From Candidatus Shapirobacteria bacterium UBA2283 (GTDB taxonomy: Bacteria > Patescibacteriota > Microgenomatia > UBA12405): 64,000 nucleotides of DNA. The number at the start of each line of letters is the position of its first letter. Position 1 is the stretch's first letter. The notes under the pieces were generated by a model. The model saw only the letters and a program-made list of their open reading frames with translations. It did not search any database and was not told where the DNA came from. The DNA lies in contig DDWP01000020.1 in NCBI GenBank assembly GCA_002345725.1, positions 1,433 to 65,432 on the forward strand. Direction: 5' to 3'. This document shows positions 27,487 to 35,960 of this stretch, one piece after another. The position numbers and the translations under genes are program-made.

Positions 27487-29070
27487 TTATGTTGAACCTT
27501 CGATATCGTTTACAATCTCGTCGATGGCTGTTCGGAGTTCGTTTTGTCTCGCCACAATCTGGGTTATCTTTGCATTAAGCTTAGTTATATCCACTGCCTC
27601 ACGAGTATCTTCTGCTACCACATAACTTGACACCGCAACGTTGTAATCGTTATCAGCAATGGTTTTGTTGTCTATAAGTTTGGCAAAATACTCAGAGTCT
27701 TGACGGTCACAAAATGCATTCAAAATTTTTAGACGATTGGCCTCGCTAAGTTTGTTTTTATTTCCACCCCTCACAAACTCTGCAGAAGCATCAATAAAGA
27801 GAGTCTTATTGTCCTTTTTGCTCTTTTTGAGAACAATGATGCATGTTGCTATACCTGTTCCAAAAAAAAGATCTGGGGGTAGCTGAATAACAGTGTCTAC
27901 GTAGTTGTTATCGATAAGGTATTTACGAATCTTTTGTTCTGCACCGTTACGATAGAGAACTCCTGGAAATTCAACAATCGCTGCCGTGCCGCTTGTTGAG
28001 AGCCATGAAAGCATGTGCATGGTAAAAGCAAGATCGGCTTTGCTTTTCGGGGCCAAAACACCCGCTGGAGAGTAGCGTGGATCGTTTATAAGAAGTGGAT
28101 TAGCGTCACCATCCCATTTTATTGAATAGGGTGGATTAGAAACTATCGCATCAAAGGGTTCTTCGTCCCAATGTTTTGGATCAGTGAGAGTATCGCCAAG
28201 GGCAATGTCAAAGTTGTTGTAGTTAATGTCGTGCAAAAACATATTGATACGGCAGAGGTTGTAGGTAGTTAGGTTGATTTCTTGTCCAAAAAAACCTTGA
28301 CGCACATTTTCTCTTCCAAGAACCTTGGCAAATTTGAGAAGAAGCGACCCAGAACCACAAGCCGGATCATATACTTTATTAACTTCTTTCTTGCCTACTG
28401 TAGTAATCTCAGCAAGCAGCTCACTAACTTCTTGTGGAGTATAAAATTCACCACCAGATTTGCCTGCATTCGAGGCATACATGGTCATCAGAAACTCATA
28501 TGCATCCCCGAAAGCATCAATGGTGTTGTCGGAATAATTTCCAAGGCCAAGATTACCAATTGCCTCCAAAAGTTTAACGAGTTTCTGATTCCTTTTTTCT
28601 ACAGTATTGCCTAATTTGTTGGAATTCACGTCAAGATCGTCAAACAGTCCCTTAAGATCATCCTCGCTGCTTGCGCCTTTTGCTGAGTTTTCTATCTTAT
28701 TAAAAACAGTTGATAAAGTCTCGTTGAGATTTGCATCATTGCGTGCATTTTTACAAACATTTGTAAAAAGCTCGCTCGGCAAAATATAGAACCCTTTTTC
28801 CTTAACAGTATCTGTCCGACCAAATTCTGCCTCTTTATCCGATAGATTTGCGTAATCAAAACCTTTTTTGTCTGCACGACGTTCATCATCGTTAATGTAG
28901 TTAGCTAAATTCTCGCTGATAAAACGATAAAAAAGCATTCCCAGTACATACGATTTAAAATCCCAGCCATCAACGCTTCCTCTTAAATCATTAGCAATTT
29001 GCCAAATAGCACGATGCAACTCTGTACGTTCTTGTTCTTTGGTTCTATCTTGAGAATCTGTTTTTTTCAT
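27487..29070 (-). CDS. hsdM: type I restriction-modification N6-adenine methyltransferase subunit
   Basis: HsdM N-domain (IWQIANDLRG...YVLGMLFYRFIS), motif I DPACGSGSLL, motif IV SNPPYS. Confidence 0.85.
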   Translation of the reverse strand: MKKTDSQDRTKEQERTELHRAIWQIANDLRGSVDGWDFKSYVLGMLFYRFISENLANYINDDERRADKKGFDYANLSDKEAEFGRTDTVKEKGFYILPSELFTNVCKNARNDANLNETLSTVFNKIENSAKGASSEDDLKGLFDDLDVNSNKLGNTVEKRNQKLVKLLEAIGNLGLGNYSDNTIDAFGDAYEFLMTMYASNAGKSGGEFYTPQEVSELLAEITTVGKKEVNKVYDPACGSGSLLLKFAKVLGRENVRQGFFGQEINLTTYNLCRINMFLHDINYNNFDIALGDTLTDPKHWDEEPFDAIVSNPPYSIKWDGDANPLLINDPRYSPAGVLAPKSKADLAFTMHMLSWLSTSGTAAIVEFPGVLYRNGAEQKIRKYLIDNNYVDTVIQLPPDLFFGTGIATCIIVLKKSKKDNKTLFIDASAEFVRGGNKNKLSEANRLKILNAFCDRQDSEYFAKLIDNKTIADNDYNVAVSSYVVAEDTREAVDITKLNAKITQIVARQNELRTAIDEIVNDIEGST

Positions 29071-29072
29071 AA

Positions 29073-29249
29073 TTATTTTCCATTTTTATGACTAATAAAT
29101 TTTTCGATATCTTCCTTTTTGTATCTGCGAACCTTTTTAATCCCAATTCGTATGGCTTTTAGTACACCTTTCTTGTCCCATAATCTAAGAGTGTTAGGGT
29201 GTACTTTTAGTATCTGAGCTGCTTCACTTAGTGTTAATAGTTCTTCCAT
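29073..29249 (-). CDS. small HTH_17 (excisionase/AlpA/MerR-like) DNA-binding protein, 58 aa
   Basis: Minus-strand translation MEELLTLSEAAQILKVHPNTLRLWDKKGVLKAIRIGIKKVRRYKKEDIEKFISHKNGK; stop is 2 bp before the hsdM start; below the track length cutoff. Confidence 0.55.
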   Translation of the reverse strand: MEELLTLSEAAQILKVHPNTLRLWDKKGVLKAIRIGIKKVRRYKKEDIEKFISHKNGK

Positions 29250-29370
29250 ATGATTTACCTACCAATTTATACTAATAGCATACAAAAAAAACTGATATTT
29301 TTCAACAGTTGTCACCAGAAACGAGCTAGCATTTGACACTTTAATTTTATAACCTGAGATTGTAACTAAT

Positions 29371-29440
29371 TTGCCTAACGAACCTGTCGGGGCTTAGGTT
29401 TGTCTATTTCAACCGAGTAGATGAACCTAAGCCCCTTTTT
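29371..29440 (+). promoter_or_regulatory. conserved box TTGCCTAACGAACCTGTCGGGG plus 12-bp-stem hairpin and T5 (copy A), 11 bp before the portal ATG
   Basis: Stem GGGGCTTAGGTT (29389-29400) pairs with AACCTAAGCCCC (29424-29435), then TTTTT; box is repeated at 34448. Confidence 0.55.
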
Positions 29441-29451
29441 GTTATCCACAT

Positions 29452-31296
29452 ATGTCAGAGATCAAAGAAGAAAAAATAACTCAGGATAGACACTACGAGC
29501 CCACGCCAGAAGAAGAAAAGCTTCTAACTAAGTGGAAAGCGAGATTCCGACGTGCTAAAGAATTTCGTGACCCGTATCAAGCGAAATGGCTCAGGATGTA
29601 TCAGCTCTATCGTGCCTATCAGAATAAGCAAAATTACGCTTACAACACGCGCTTAATGCCCCCCATTGCCTTTGAGATAGTGAAGACTGTAGTTTCCCGA
29701 CTGGCTACTGCCAAACGGAAAACACAAATCATTCCGCGCCACAGAGATGACGTTGAATCTCCGTCGCTGGGATCTTGGGATGACCTGGTTAACTATGACT
29801 TTGACATTATTGACCTGATCAAGAAGCTTCCAAGTTGGATCGAATCATCGGTCCTGTACGGTAACGGTGTGGTTAAGCTTGCTTGGAAAGTAATTACCAG
29901 GAAGAAGAAAACTGTATACGACGACCCAACCATGGGTCTGATTGACCTTTGGGAATTGCTCCCGGCGCCGGAAACTATTGATGACCTTCAGGACGGTTGC
30001 CCGTGGCTCATTCAACGCATTGTTAAAGGAAAAGAGAAAATAGAAAAGGAAGAAGAAAGCAGGGGTGATGATAAGATTTATAAGAATTTGGAGTTTTGTG
30101 AGCCAAAAATAGTTGAAGACTGGAAAAAGGAAAGATACGAGATTAACAGTAAGAAGATGTCTCAGGTAGATGGTGGAACTAAAAAGGAAGCTGATGGGGA
30201 AAAGGTTCTTCCGGCAAAACTCGATAAGGAAAAACAACTTGAACTCTGGGAGTGTTGGGATTATGAGGAAGATAAGCTGGTAGTGATCTGCAATGGTGAG
30301 GTGGTAATAAGAGATGACGATAATCCCTATCTTGAAGTCAACAATGGTCATATCTATGTTGATTTACCAGATATGCCCCTGCTATGGGAATTCTGGGCGA
30401 CCGGTCATATCGAACCCGTAGAAACGACAATCCATGAAATTGCGGATCTGAGAAATCAGCGTATGGATGATGTCATCCTGATGTTGGACCCGGTAGTCAA
30501 AATTCGTAAGGATTCTGGAATTACCAAAAACGATATTATCTTTTCTCCAGGTGCGACTTGGGAGTTGAGAAAGATGGATGATGTGGTTATCGAACGGCCA
30601 CCAGAAATAAGCCTCATGGGTGTTAATGAAGATAAATTAATGAGGGATGAAATTTCTCGCACTCTTGCCCTTGGCGAATATATGAGTGGCCAACCACAAT
30701 CTCCCGATGAACCCCTTGGAAAAGTGGCAACACTTATTGGCCAAAGTAATCTACGGCTTAGCATGAATGCTCAAAATATCGCTGTTGCCTTGACCCAGGT
30801 GGCCAACATTCTCATTCAACTTAATCAAGAGTTTATAAGCGAGGACAAGCTATATCGATTAATAGGTAAGGATGTAGATTTCAAAGAATTCAAGAAGGAA
30901 GATAAAAAAGTAGTAGTTGATGCGATTGTTGAAATTGAGCCGATAATCCCCCCAGATAAAACTACAAAACTAAATCAGGTCCTACTCATGTATGACAAGT
31001 TCATTGCTCAGGACAAGCCGGATCCAAATAATCCCGAGGAGGTAAGGCGATGGTTGAAACGTAAGCGAGAATTGCAAAAGATGATTTTGGAAGAGTTAGA
31101 TAAAGAAGAATACATAGAGCTTTTGTTGGGTCCCGATTCAGAAGCCAAGGAGCTACCACAAAATAATGATGCACAAGCCCCCATAACACCCGCTGAGGGG
31201 CAAACTCCACCAGCAGAGCCAACTACACCCGGTCCAAACAAAATTCAACAACTTATGGGTAAGATACCAATTTTAGGGAAGATGTTGGGAGGTTAA
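29452..31296 (+). CDS. putative phage portal protein
   Basis: 614 aa, first gene of the structural string, acidic C-terminus; assignment by size and position. Confidence 0.4.
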   Translation: MSEIKEEKITQDRHYEPTPEEEKLLTKWKARFRRAKEFRDPYQAKWLRMYQLYRAYQNKQNYAYNTRLMPPIAFEIVKTVVSRLATAKRKTQIIPRHRDDVESPSLGSWDDLVNYDFDIIDLIKKLPSWIESSVLYGNGVVKLAWKVITRKKKTVYDDPTMGLIDLWELLPAPETIDDLQDGCPWLIQRIVKGKEKIEKEEESRGDDKIYKNLEFCEPKIVEDWKKERYEINSKKMSQVDGGTKKEADGEKVLPAKLDKEKQLELWECWDYEEDKLVVICNGEVVIRDDDNPYLEVNNGHIYVDLPDMPLLWEFWATGHIEPVETTIHEIADLRNQRMDDVILMLDPVVKIRKDSGITKNDIIFSPGATWELRKMDDVVIERPPEISLMGVNEDKLMRDEISRTLALGEYMSGQPQSPDEPLGKVATLIGQSNLRLSMNAQNIAVALTQVANILIQLNQEFISEDKLYRLIGKDVDFKEFKKEDKKVVVDAIVEIEPIIPPDKTTKLNQVLLMYDKFIAQDKPDPNNPEEVRRWLKRKRELQKMILEELDKEEYIELLLGPDSEAKELPQNNDAQAPITPAEGQTPPAEPTTPGPNKIQQLMGKIPILGKMLGG

Positions 31297-31904
31297 TTTG
31301 CTCCCTTGAGGAAAAGAATTATTGGACGTGAGAAAACTGTTAATGCTGCCCCAATACTAAGCATGTGTTCAGGAGTCGGCACTTTTGTATTTAATGCCCC
31401 TTGTAAAATGGTTGTCTCAGAAGGGACGAGCTCGTCCCCAAACATTGGGCGGACAGTCATTACCTTTTTCAAATCTACCTCTGATAATGAATTAAGTCTT
31501 CTCTCGCAAAGTCTCACCGAATCGGCAAAAGCCATGCTCGAACGTGTCTTTGATGCGAAAGAACGGAACCCGGAAATGGGGCCAACTCTTAATCGTCCAC
31601 ATATATTGATGACTTTATTTATAGAACCCTTACGTTCAATAAAAGCATTAAGTACGGCACTTCCACCAGCACTTGTTCCAACTAAAGAAACTGAGTCTCC
31701 ATTTTCCGTAAACCCATCAATCATCTCAATAAGTCTATGTAGTTTTGGTTCAAATGAATTTTCTCCATCACGCCACCCAACGGAATAAACTACTGGTTTC
31801 AGGCCGTAGTTCTTCCAGCTTCTTATTGCCCATTCAAGTTTTTTAGTATCATCACCTAGACCTGGAATAACAATGACTTTATGTTCTTTTGGCATAGATG
31901 ACAA
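31293..31904 (-). CDS. alpha/beta-hydrolase fold protein
   Basis: GxSxG nucleophile elbow VSLVGTSAGGSAVL; convergent with the portal gene. Confidence 0.55.
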   Translation of the reverse strand: MSSMPKEHKVIVIPGLGDDTKKLEWAIRSWKNYGLKPVVYSVGWRDGENSFEPKLHRLIEMIDGFTENGDSVSLVGTSAGGSAVLNAFIERKGSINKVINICGRLRVGPISGFRSFASKTRSSMAFADSVRLCERRLNSLSEVDLKKVMTVRPMFGDELVPSETTILQGALNTKVPTPEHMLSIGAALTVFSRPIILFLKGAN

Positions 31905-31939
31905 AAATTAGTTTACTGGCTTATATATCTAAATTATTT

Positions 31940-32866
31940 TTATCCGCTAATTTGTTTAGCATATTCTTCATCAAATACATTACTGACCTGGTCAATTCGG
32001 AATCCCTGCCCTGTTTTATCCCAATCAATTGGTAACGTTTTGTATCCAGGTGGGATAAAGTCGTTTAACTTTTGGATATCACTTGGATCCAATTTGTGTC
32101 CAATTGCTGCCAGGTGTTCGTCGATATGTGCTTTATTTTCAGACTTGGTAAGAGGTAATAAGCCTTTAGATATAATCCAACTGAGGACCACTTGGTTTTG
32201 AGTTATTCCGTACTTTTTGGAAAGCTCGACTAAAATTGGCCAATTCCTGTTTGCGGTTCGGTTCCTTCTTAAAGGCTGATAAATGGCAGTCACGATTCCA
32301 TTATTCTGGGCGTACTCAATGGTTCCTTCCGCCTCATTAGCACGAACTTCAAAGTTGAAACACACTTCATGGGAGAATAATTTGTCGCCAAATCTTTGAT
32401 GATATTTTTTGAGTAGTTCTAAGTTTTCATTGGTAATACTTGTATATCTGGATTTACCGGCAGTTACAACCTTATCGGCCATACTGCAAACCTCATCAAA
32501 TTCATAATCTAGGAAAGCACTTTGAGTGTACTGAAGGGTATCAATATAGTCAGTATCGAATATTTTTAATAATCTATCGATTTCTGCTTCGGTATCTTGG
32601 AGTTTGTTATCCTTCAGATAAACTGCCTGAACAATAAATATCTCCTCACGGTTTTTACCTGACTTTCTGAAAGCTTCGGCAAGAATCTCAGCAGAGTAAC
32701 CCTGAGAATACCAAAGATTGGCTTCGACATAATTCATGCCTTTTTGAAACATGTAGGCAATAGCGTCAACTTGTTTATTCTTATCTAGGGTCTGATCTTT
32801 TTCTGCAAATCCACCAACACCCCAGGTTCCTATACCAATTGGAAATAAATCATTTTTGGTTATCAT
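31940..32866 (-). CDS. aldo/keto reductase family oxidoreductase
   Basis: N-terminal GIGTWGVGG, YVEANLWYSQGYSAE (AKR active-site region), 308 aa. Confidence 0.65.
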   Translation of the reverse strand: MITKNDLFPIGIGTWGVGGFAEKDQTLDKNKQVDAIAYMFQKGMNYVEANLWYSQGYSAEILAEAFRKSGKNREEIFIVQAVYLKDNKLQDTEAEIDRLLKIFDTDYIDTLQYTQSAFLDYEFDEVCSMADKVVTAGKSRYTSITNENLELLKKYHQRFGDKLFSHEVCFNFEVRANEAEGTIEYAQNNGIVTAIYQPLRRNRTANRNWPILVELSKKYGITQNQVVLSWIISKGLLPLTKSENKAHIDEHLAAIGHKLDPSDIQKLNDFIPPGYKTLPIDWDKTGQGFRIDQVSNVFDEEYAKQISG

Positions 32867-32871
32867 AATTT

Positions 32872-33840
32872 CTATACCACCACGTTTTGTGGAGCTCCAT
32901 TTATAAATGCCTTAACATTGGCAATAGCTAAAGTGTACGACTTAGTATTGGCGTCTTCGGTGTTGAAGGCATTGTGTGGAGTAACCACAATACGGTGATG
33001 TTTCAAATAAGGACTATCCGTAGGAACTGGCTTCATAATTTCAGTCTCAATTCCAAAACCAAAGATTTTGCCACTCTCAAGTCCCTTCAGAACAGCCTCT
33101 TTATTTGTAATTGGCTCCATTGCAGGATTAATCAAGATGACACCATCTTTCATGAGAGTTACTTCTTTTTCAGAGATCATATCTGTGGTTTCTTCTGTTA
33201 GTGGAACTGTGGTGACAATAACGTCGCTTTCTTTGAGAAGTGTTTCCAAATCGACTTGCTTGATGCCTTCGATTGTCTTTTGGCTACGGTTATAACCAAG
33301 AATTCGCATGTCAAAGCCAGAGGCAATTCGTGCCACTTTGGTTCCAATATCACCTAGACCAATGATTCCGATCGTTTTTCCATATACCTCTTTACCCACA
33401 TAGTCAGCAAACTTAAATGCTCCTTTATTTCGAACGTCGCGATCGAACTCAGTAATCCGCTTTGCAATGTCTAGGATTAAACCCCAAGCATGCTCTGCAA
33501 CTGATTCAGCATTAGCACCCTTGATGTTGCAAATCGTAATGCCTAGTTCTTTAGCTGCTTCAATGTCTACCCAAGCAACACCGACTGTTAGAGTGGCTAT
33601 CATTTTCAAGTGCTTCATTCCAGACAACAACTCTCTTGATATTTTTTCAATACCAGAGGAACCGGCAATCAAAATCTCTGCATCTCCTGCCCTGGATATA
33701 ACCTCATCTGCGGTCATTTTTTGAGCGTTTATGACAATCAATTCACCTAAACTCTTTAACTCACCCTCCATTGCCCCAGAAATTATTGGATTAGATGTGA
33801 TTAAGTAAATTTTCATATTAAACGCCTCGTCTTTGATCAA
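32872..33840 (-). CDS. D-isomer-specific 2-hydroxyacid dehydrogenase (glyoxylate/hydroxypyruvate reductase-like)
   Basis: NAD-binding GKTIGIIGLGDIGTKVARI, catalytic region VVTPHNAFNTED. Confidence 0.8.
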   Translation of the reverse strand: MIKDEAFNMKIYLITSNPIISGAMEGELKSLGELIVINAQKMTADEVISRAGDAEILIAGSSGIEKISRELLSGMKHLKMIATLTVGVAWVDIEAAKELGITICNIKGANAESVAEHAWGLILDIAKRITEFDRDVRNKGAFKFADYVGKEVYGKTIGIIGLGDIGTKVARIASGFDMRILGYNRSQKTIEGIKQVDLETLLKESDVIVTTVPLTEETTDMISEKEVTLMKDGVILINPAMEPITNKEAVLKGLESGKIFGFGIETEIMKPVPTDSPYLKHHRIVVTPHNAFNTEDANTKSYTLAIANVKAFINGAPQNVVV

Positions 33841-34288
33841 CTAGACCACCCATATAATTAGCTTTGTATATCAACTTTTCACCTTGGGTAATTTGTTCTT
33901 CTCCTGAATATCTTTCAACGTCTCCTGTCCAAGAATTGCGATATGTAAGTTCACCAACAACTAGCTCTTTTGGTCCACGGAAAGGAGCCTCTTCTGGCAT
34001 AGCTTTTAAAGCACCTCTCAAAGTGGCGTAGACTGGATCAGTCTCCACACCTTCGGCTACCCACCCGTAGTAAACCATCATCCAAATTGGTTTATCTTCA
34101 TTAAAGACGACGACTCTACCACCATAAGGTTCACCACCAAAGAAGTTATCATGAGATCGCCATTTGCCTTGAGTATAAGGAATTGTGGTAGATCCATCTG
34201 GCTCTTTTATCCACTTTTTCTCTTCACCACCAGCGTAACCGGCTTTATTTGAATCGATTAAAAACTGTCTTAAAGTTTCTTTATTCAT
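33818..34288 (-). CDS. hypothetical protein (156 aa), first gene of the reverse-strand cassette
   Basis: Overlaps the dehydrogenase start by 23 bp; no diagnostic motif. Confidence 0.45.
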   Translation of the reverse strand: MNKETLRQFLIDSNKAGYAGGEEKKWIKEPDGSTTIPYTQGKWRSHDNFFGGEPYGGRVVVFNEDKPIWMMVYYGWVAEGVETDPVYATLRGALKAMPEEAPFRGPKELVVGELTYRNSWTGDVERYSGEEQITQGEKLIYKANYMGGLVDQRRGV

Positions 34289-34447
34289 AGGTGCTCCTGA
34301 TTACAATTGTACATTTCTTTAATTTCTTACATTGTAGCAAAACTCCCACCTCTTTACCAACCATTTTCTCGGTATAAACACCAGAAACGGACAGAAAGAT
34401 TATTGAAGATATCCGCCATCTTTGTTTACTATTAAACCATTAGGAAG

Positions 34448-34526
34448 TTAGCCTAACGAAACTATCGGGGCTGTGGCTTCTGAATATACGCAAATAGCGT
34501 GTGTTTAGAAGTTACAGCCCCTTTTT
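34448..34526 (+). promoter_or_regulatory. conserved box TTAGCCTAACGAAACTATCGGGG plus interrupted hairpin and T5 (copy B), 12 bp before the 34539 ATG
   Basis: GGGGCTGTGGCTTCT...AGAAGTTACAGCCCC then TTTTT; box shares ~19/22 nt with copy A. Confidence 0.55.
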
Positions 34527-34538
34527 ATTTACAAAGCT

Positions 34539-34859
34539 ATGCAAAAAACTGAACCCGAATTAAATAATAAAAATCAGAGCGTGCCATCCCTCGATGCAAA
34601 TAACGACCAGAATTCGACCACTCAAGATCAAGACCAAAAGCAAATTGTCTGGGGAAAAGTCGATGTGGTGTACAACGTGGCTAAAGAAGCGTTTCTTCAG
34701 GGAACTTCATCCATTGACGATGTGTTGTCCAGTCTAATTGCCACATTACAGGAGATAAAGAATGACGAGATTCAAAACTTAGGGGGTTTGGGAACAGTTC
34801 CAGCAAACGGTAATTTATTAGGTAATGAGTTAGATCAACAACCACCAGAACAACCATGA
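34539..34859 (+). CDS. hypothetical phage protein
   Basis: 106 aa, first gene after regulatory copy B. Confidence 0.45.
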   Translation: MQKTEPELNNKNQSVPSLDANNDQNSTTQDQDQKQIVWGKVDVVYNVAKEAFLQGTSSIDDVLSSLIATLQEIKNDEIQNLGGLGTVPANGNLLGNELDQQPPEQP

Positions 34860-35110
34860 CAAACACACCAGAGGAAAATTTTGAACCAGGACGAGAAATA
34901 TGGGAAATGACCCAGACAGCAGGTTGGCAAATTCTTTGTCAGCAAATAGCGCAAGAAATTGAGCTAGAGACCAATGAATTGCTTGATTGTCCACTGTCTG
35001 AGGATGTTGAACACAAACAAATGATTAAAGCATATAAAAAAGTTCTAAGCATTGTTGAAAGTTCTTTGAATAAACGTAACGAAAATACTCAGGTTAATAC
35101 AAAAATTTAA
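34856..35110 (+). CDS. hypothetical phage protein
   Basis: 84 aa, ATGA-coupled to the previous gene. Confidence 0.45.
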   Translation: MTNTPEENFEPGREIWEMTQTAGWQILCQQIAQEIELETNELLDCPLSEDVEHKQMIKAYKKVLSIVESSLNKRNENTQVNTKI

Positions 35111-35119
35111 AGGAAAAAT

Positions 35120-35911
35120 ATGGACGAAAATAAACTAAAAGAACAAGAAGAGCTTAAAAACCTACTTAATTCAGACGATACTGCTGATACTCCAGATGGG
35201 GGTGGTGATGAGGATAAAAACAAACCGGACGATTCAAACAATGATAACGAGGATGATAAGAACGATCCCGATAAGAAAACTTTGAAAGATGATCCTGATA
35301 AGGATGCTACGAGCACTGACAACAAAAAGGAAAATAAACCCGCTGATCGGTGGAGTGGTAAAAGTCGAGAGGAAGTAATTAAAGAATTTGAGACTCTCGA
35401 GACTAAAACGACTATTCCAAATAATGACAAAAAAGATGATGACCTGAAACTTCCCCCTCAGGAAGAACTTCAAAAAATGACCCCAACTGATTTTGCTAAG
35501 TGGGTATTAACCAGAATAAATGAAGGTGTCAAACAGACTCTTGAAACTCAAGAAAAAGTACGAGGTGCTGTCCGTCGGGAAATCGATGAAGCAAAAAAGA
35601 ATCATCCATTGGACGATCCTGACTATAGAAAAATGGTATTAGCCATTATTGATGCGGCGAGTGCAAAAGGGTCAAACGTACCTTTGAAAGAAGCGTGTGA
35701 ACAGGTGGATGCATTTTTGGGAAAACATACTGGGCAATCTGAAGATATATCAGATGACGAGCGTAGCCGACTTAAAAAGGCTAAGGCTCAAGTCGAGAGT
35801 GGAGCGGGCGCTCCGACTCAACCCGAGAACTCGGATGCTGAAACTCAACGCATCCAGAAAGCTCTTGGACATGGTGGGTCAAAAGGCTCCTTAGGAGGGT
35901 TGGGATTATGA
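35120..35911 (+). CDS. putative scaffolding protein (acidic, coiled-coil)
   Basis: Highly acidic D/E/K-rich N-terminal half; sits immediately upstream of the putative major capsid gene. Confidence 0.45.
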   Translation: MDENKLKEQEELKNLLNSDDTADTPDGGGDEDKNKPDDSNNDNEDDKNDPDKKTLKDDPDKDATSTDNKKENKPADRWSGKSREEVIKEFETLETKTTIPNNDKKDDDLKLPPQEELQKMTPTDFAKWVLTRINEGVKQTLETQEKVRGAVRREIDEAKKNHPLDDPDYRKMVLAIIDAASAKGSNVPLKEACEQVDAFLGKHTGQSEDISDDERSRLKKAKAQVESGAGAPTQPENSDAETQRIQKALGHGGSKGSLGGLGL

Positions 35912-35960
35912 CCTTCCTGTCTAATTATCATTTTATAAGGAAAGGGGGTGAATAAAAATT

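Noticed and set aside
31306-31788. 160-aa plus-strand ORF
   Set aside because: Antisense to the alpha/beta-hydrolase gene, which carries the GxSxG motif; spurious.
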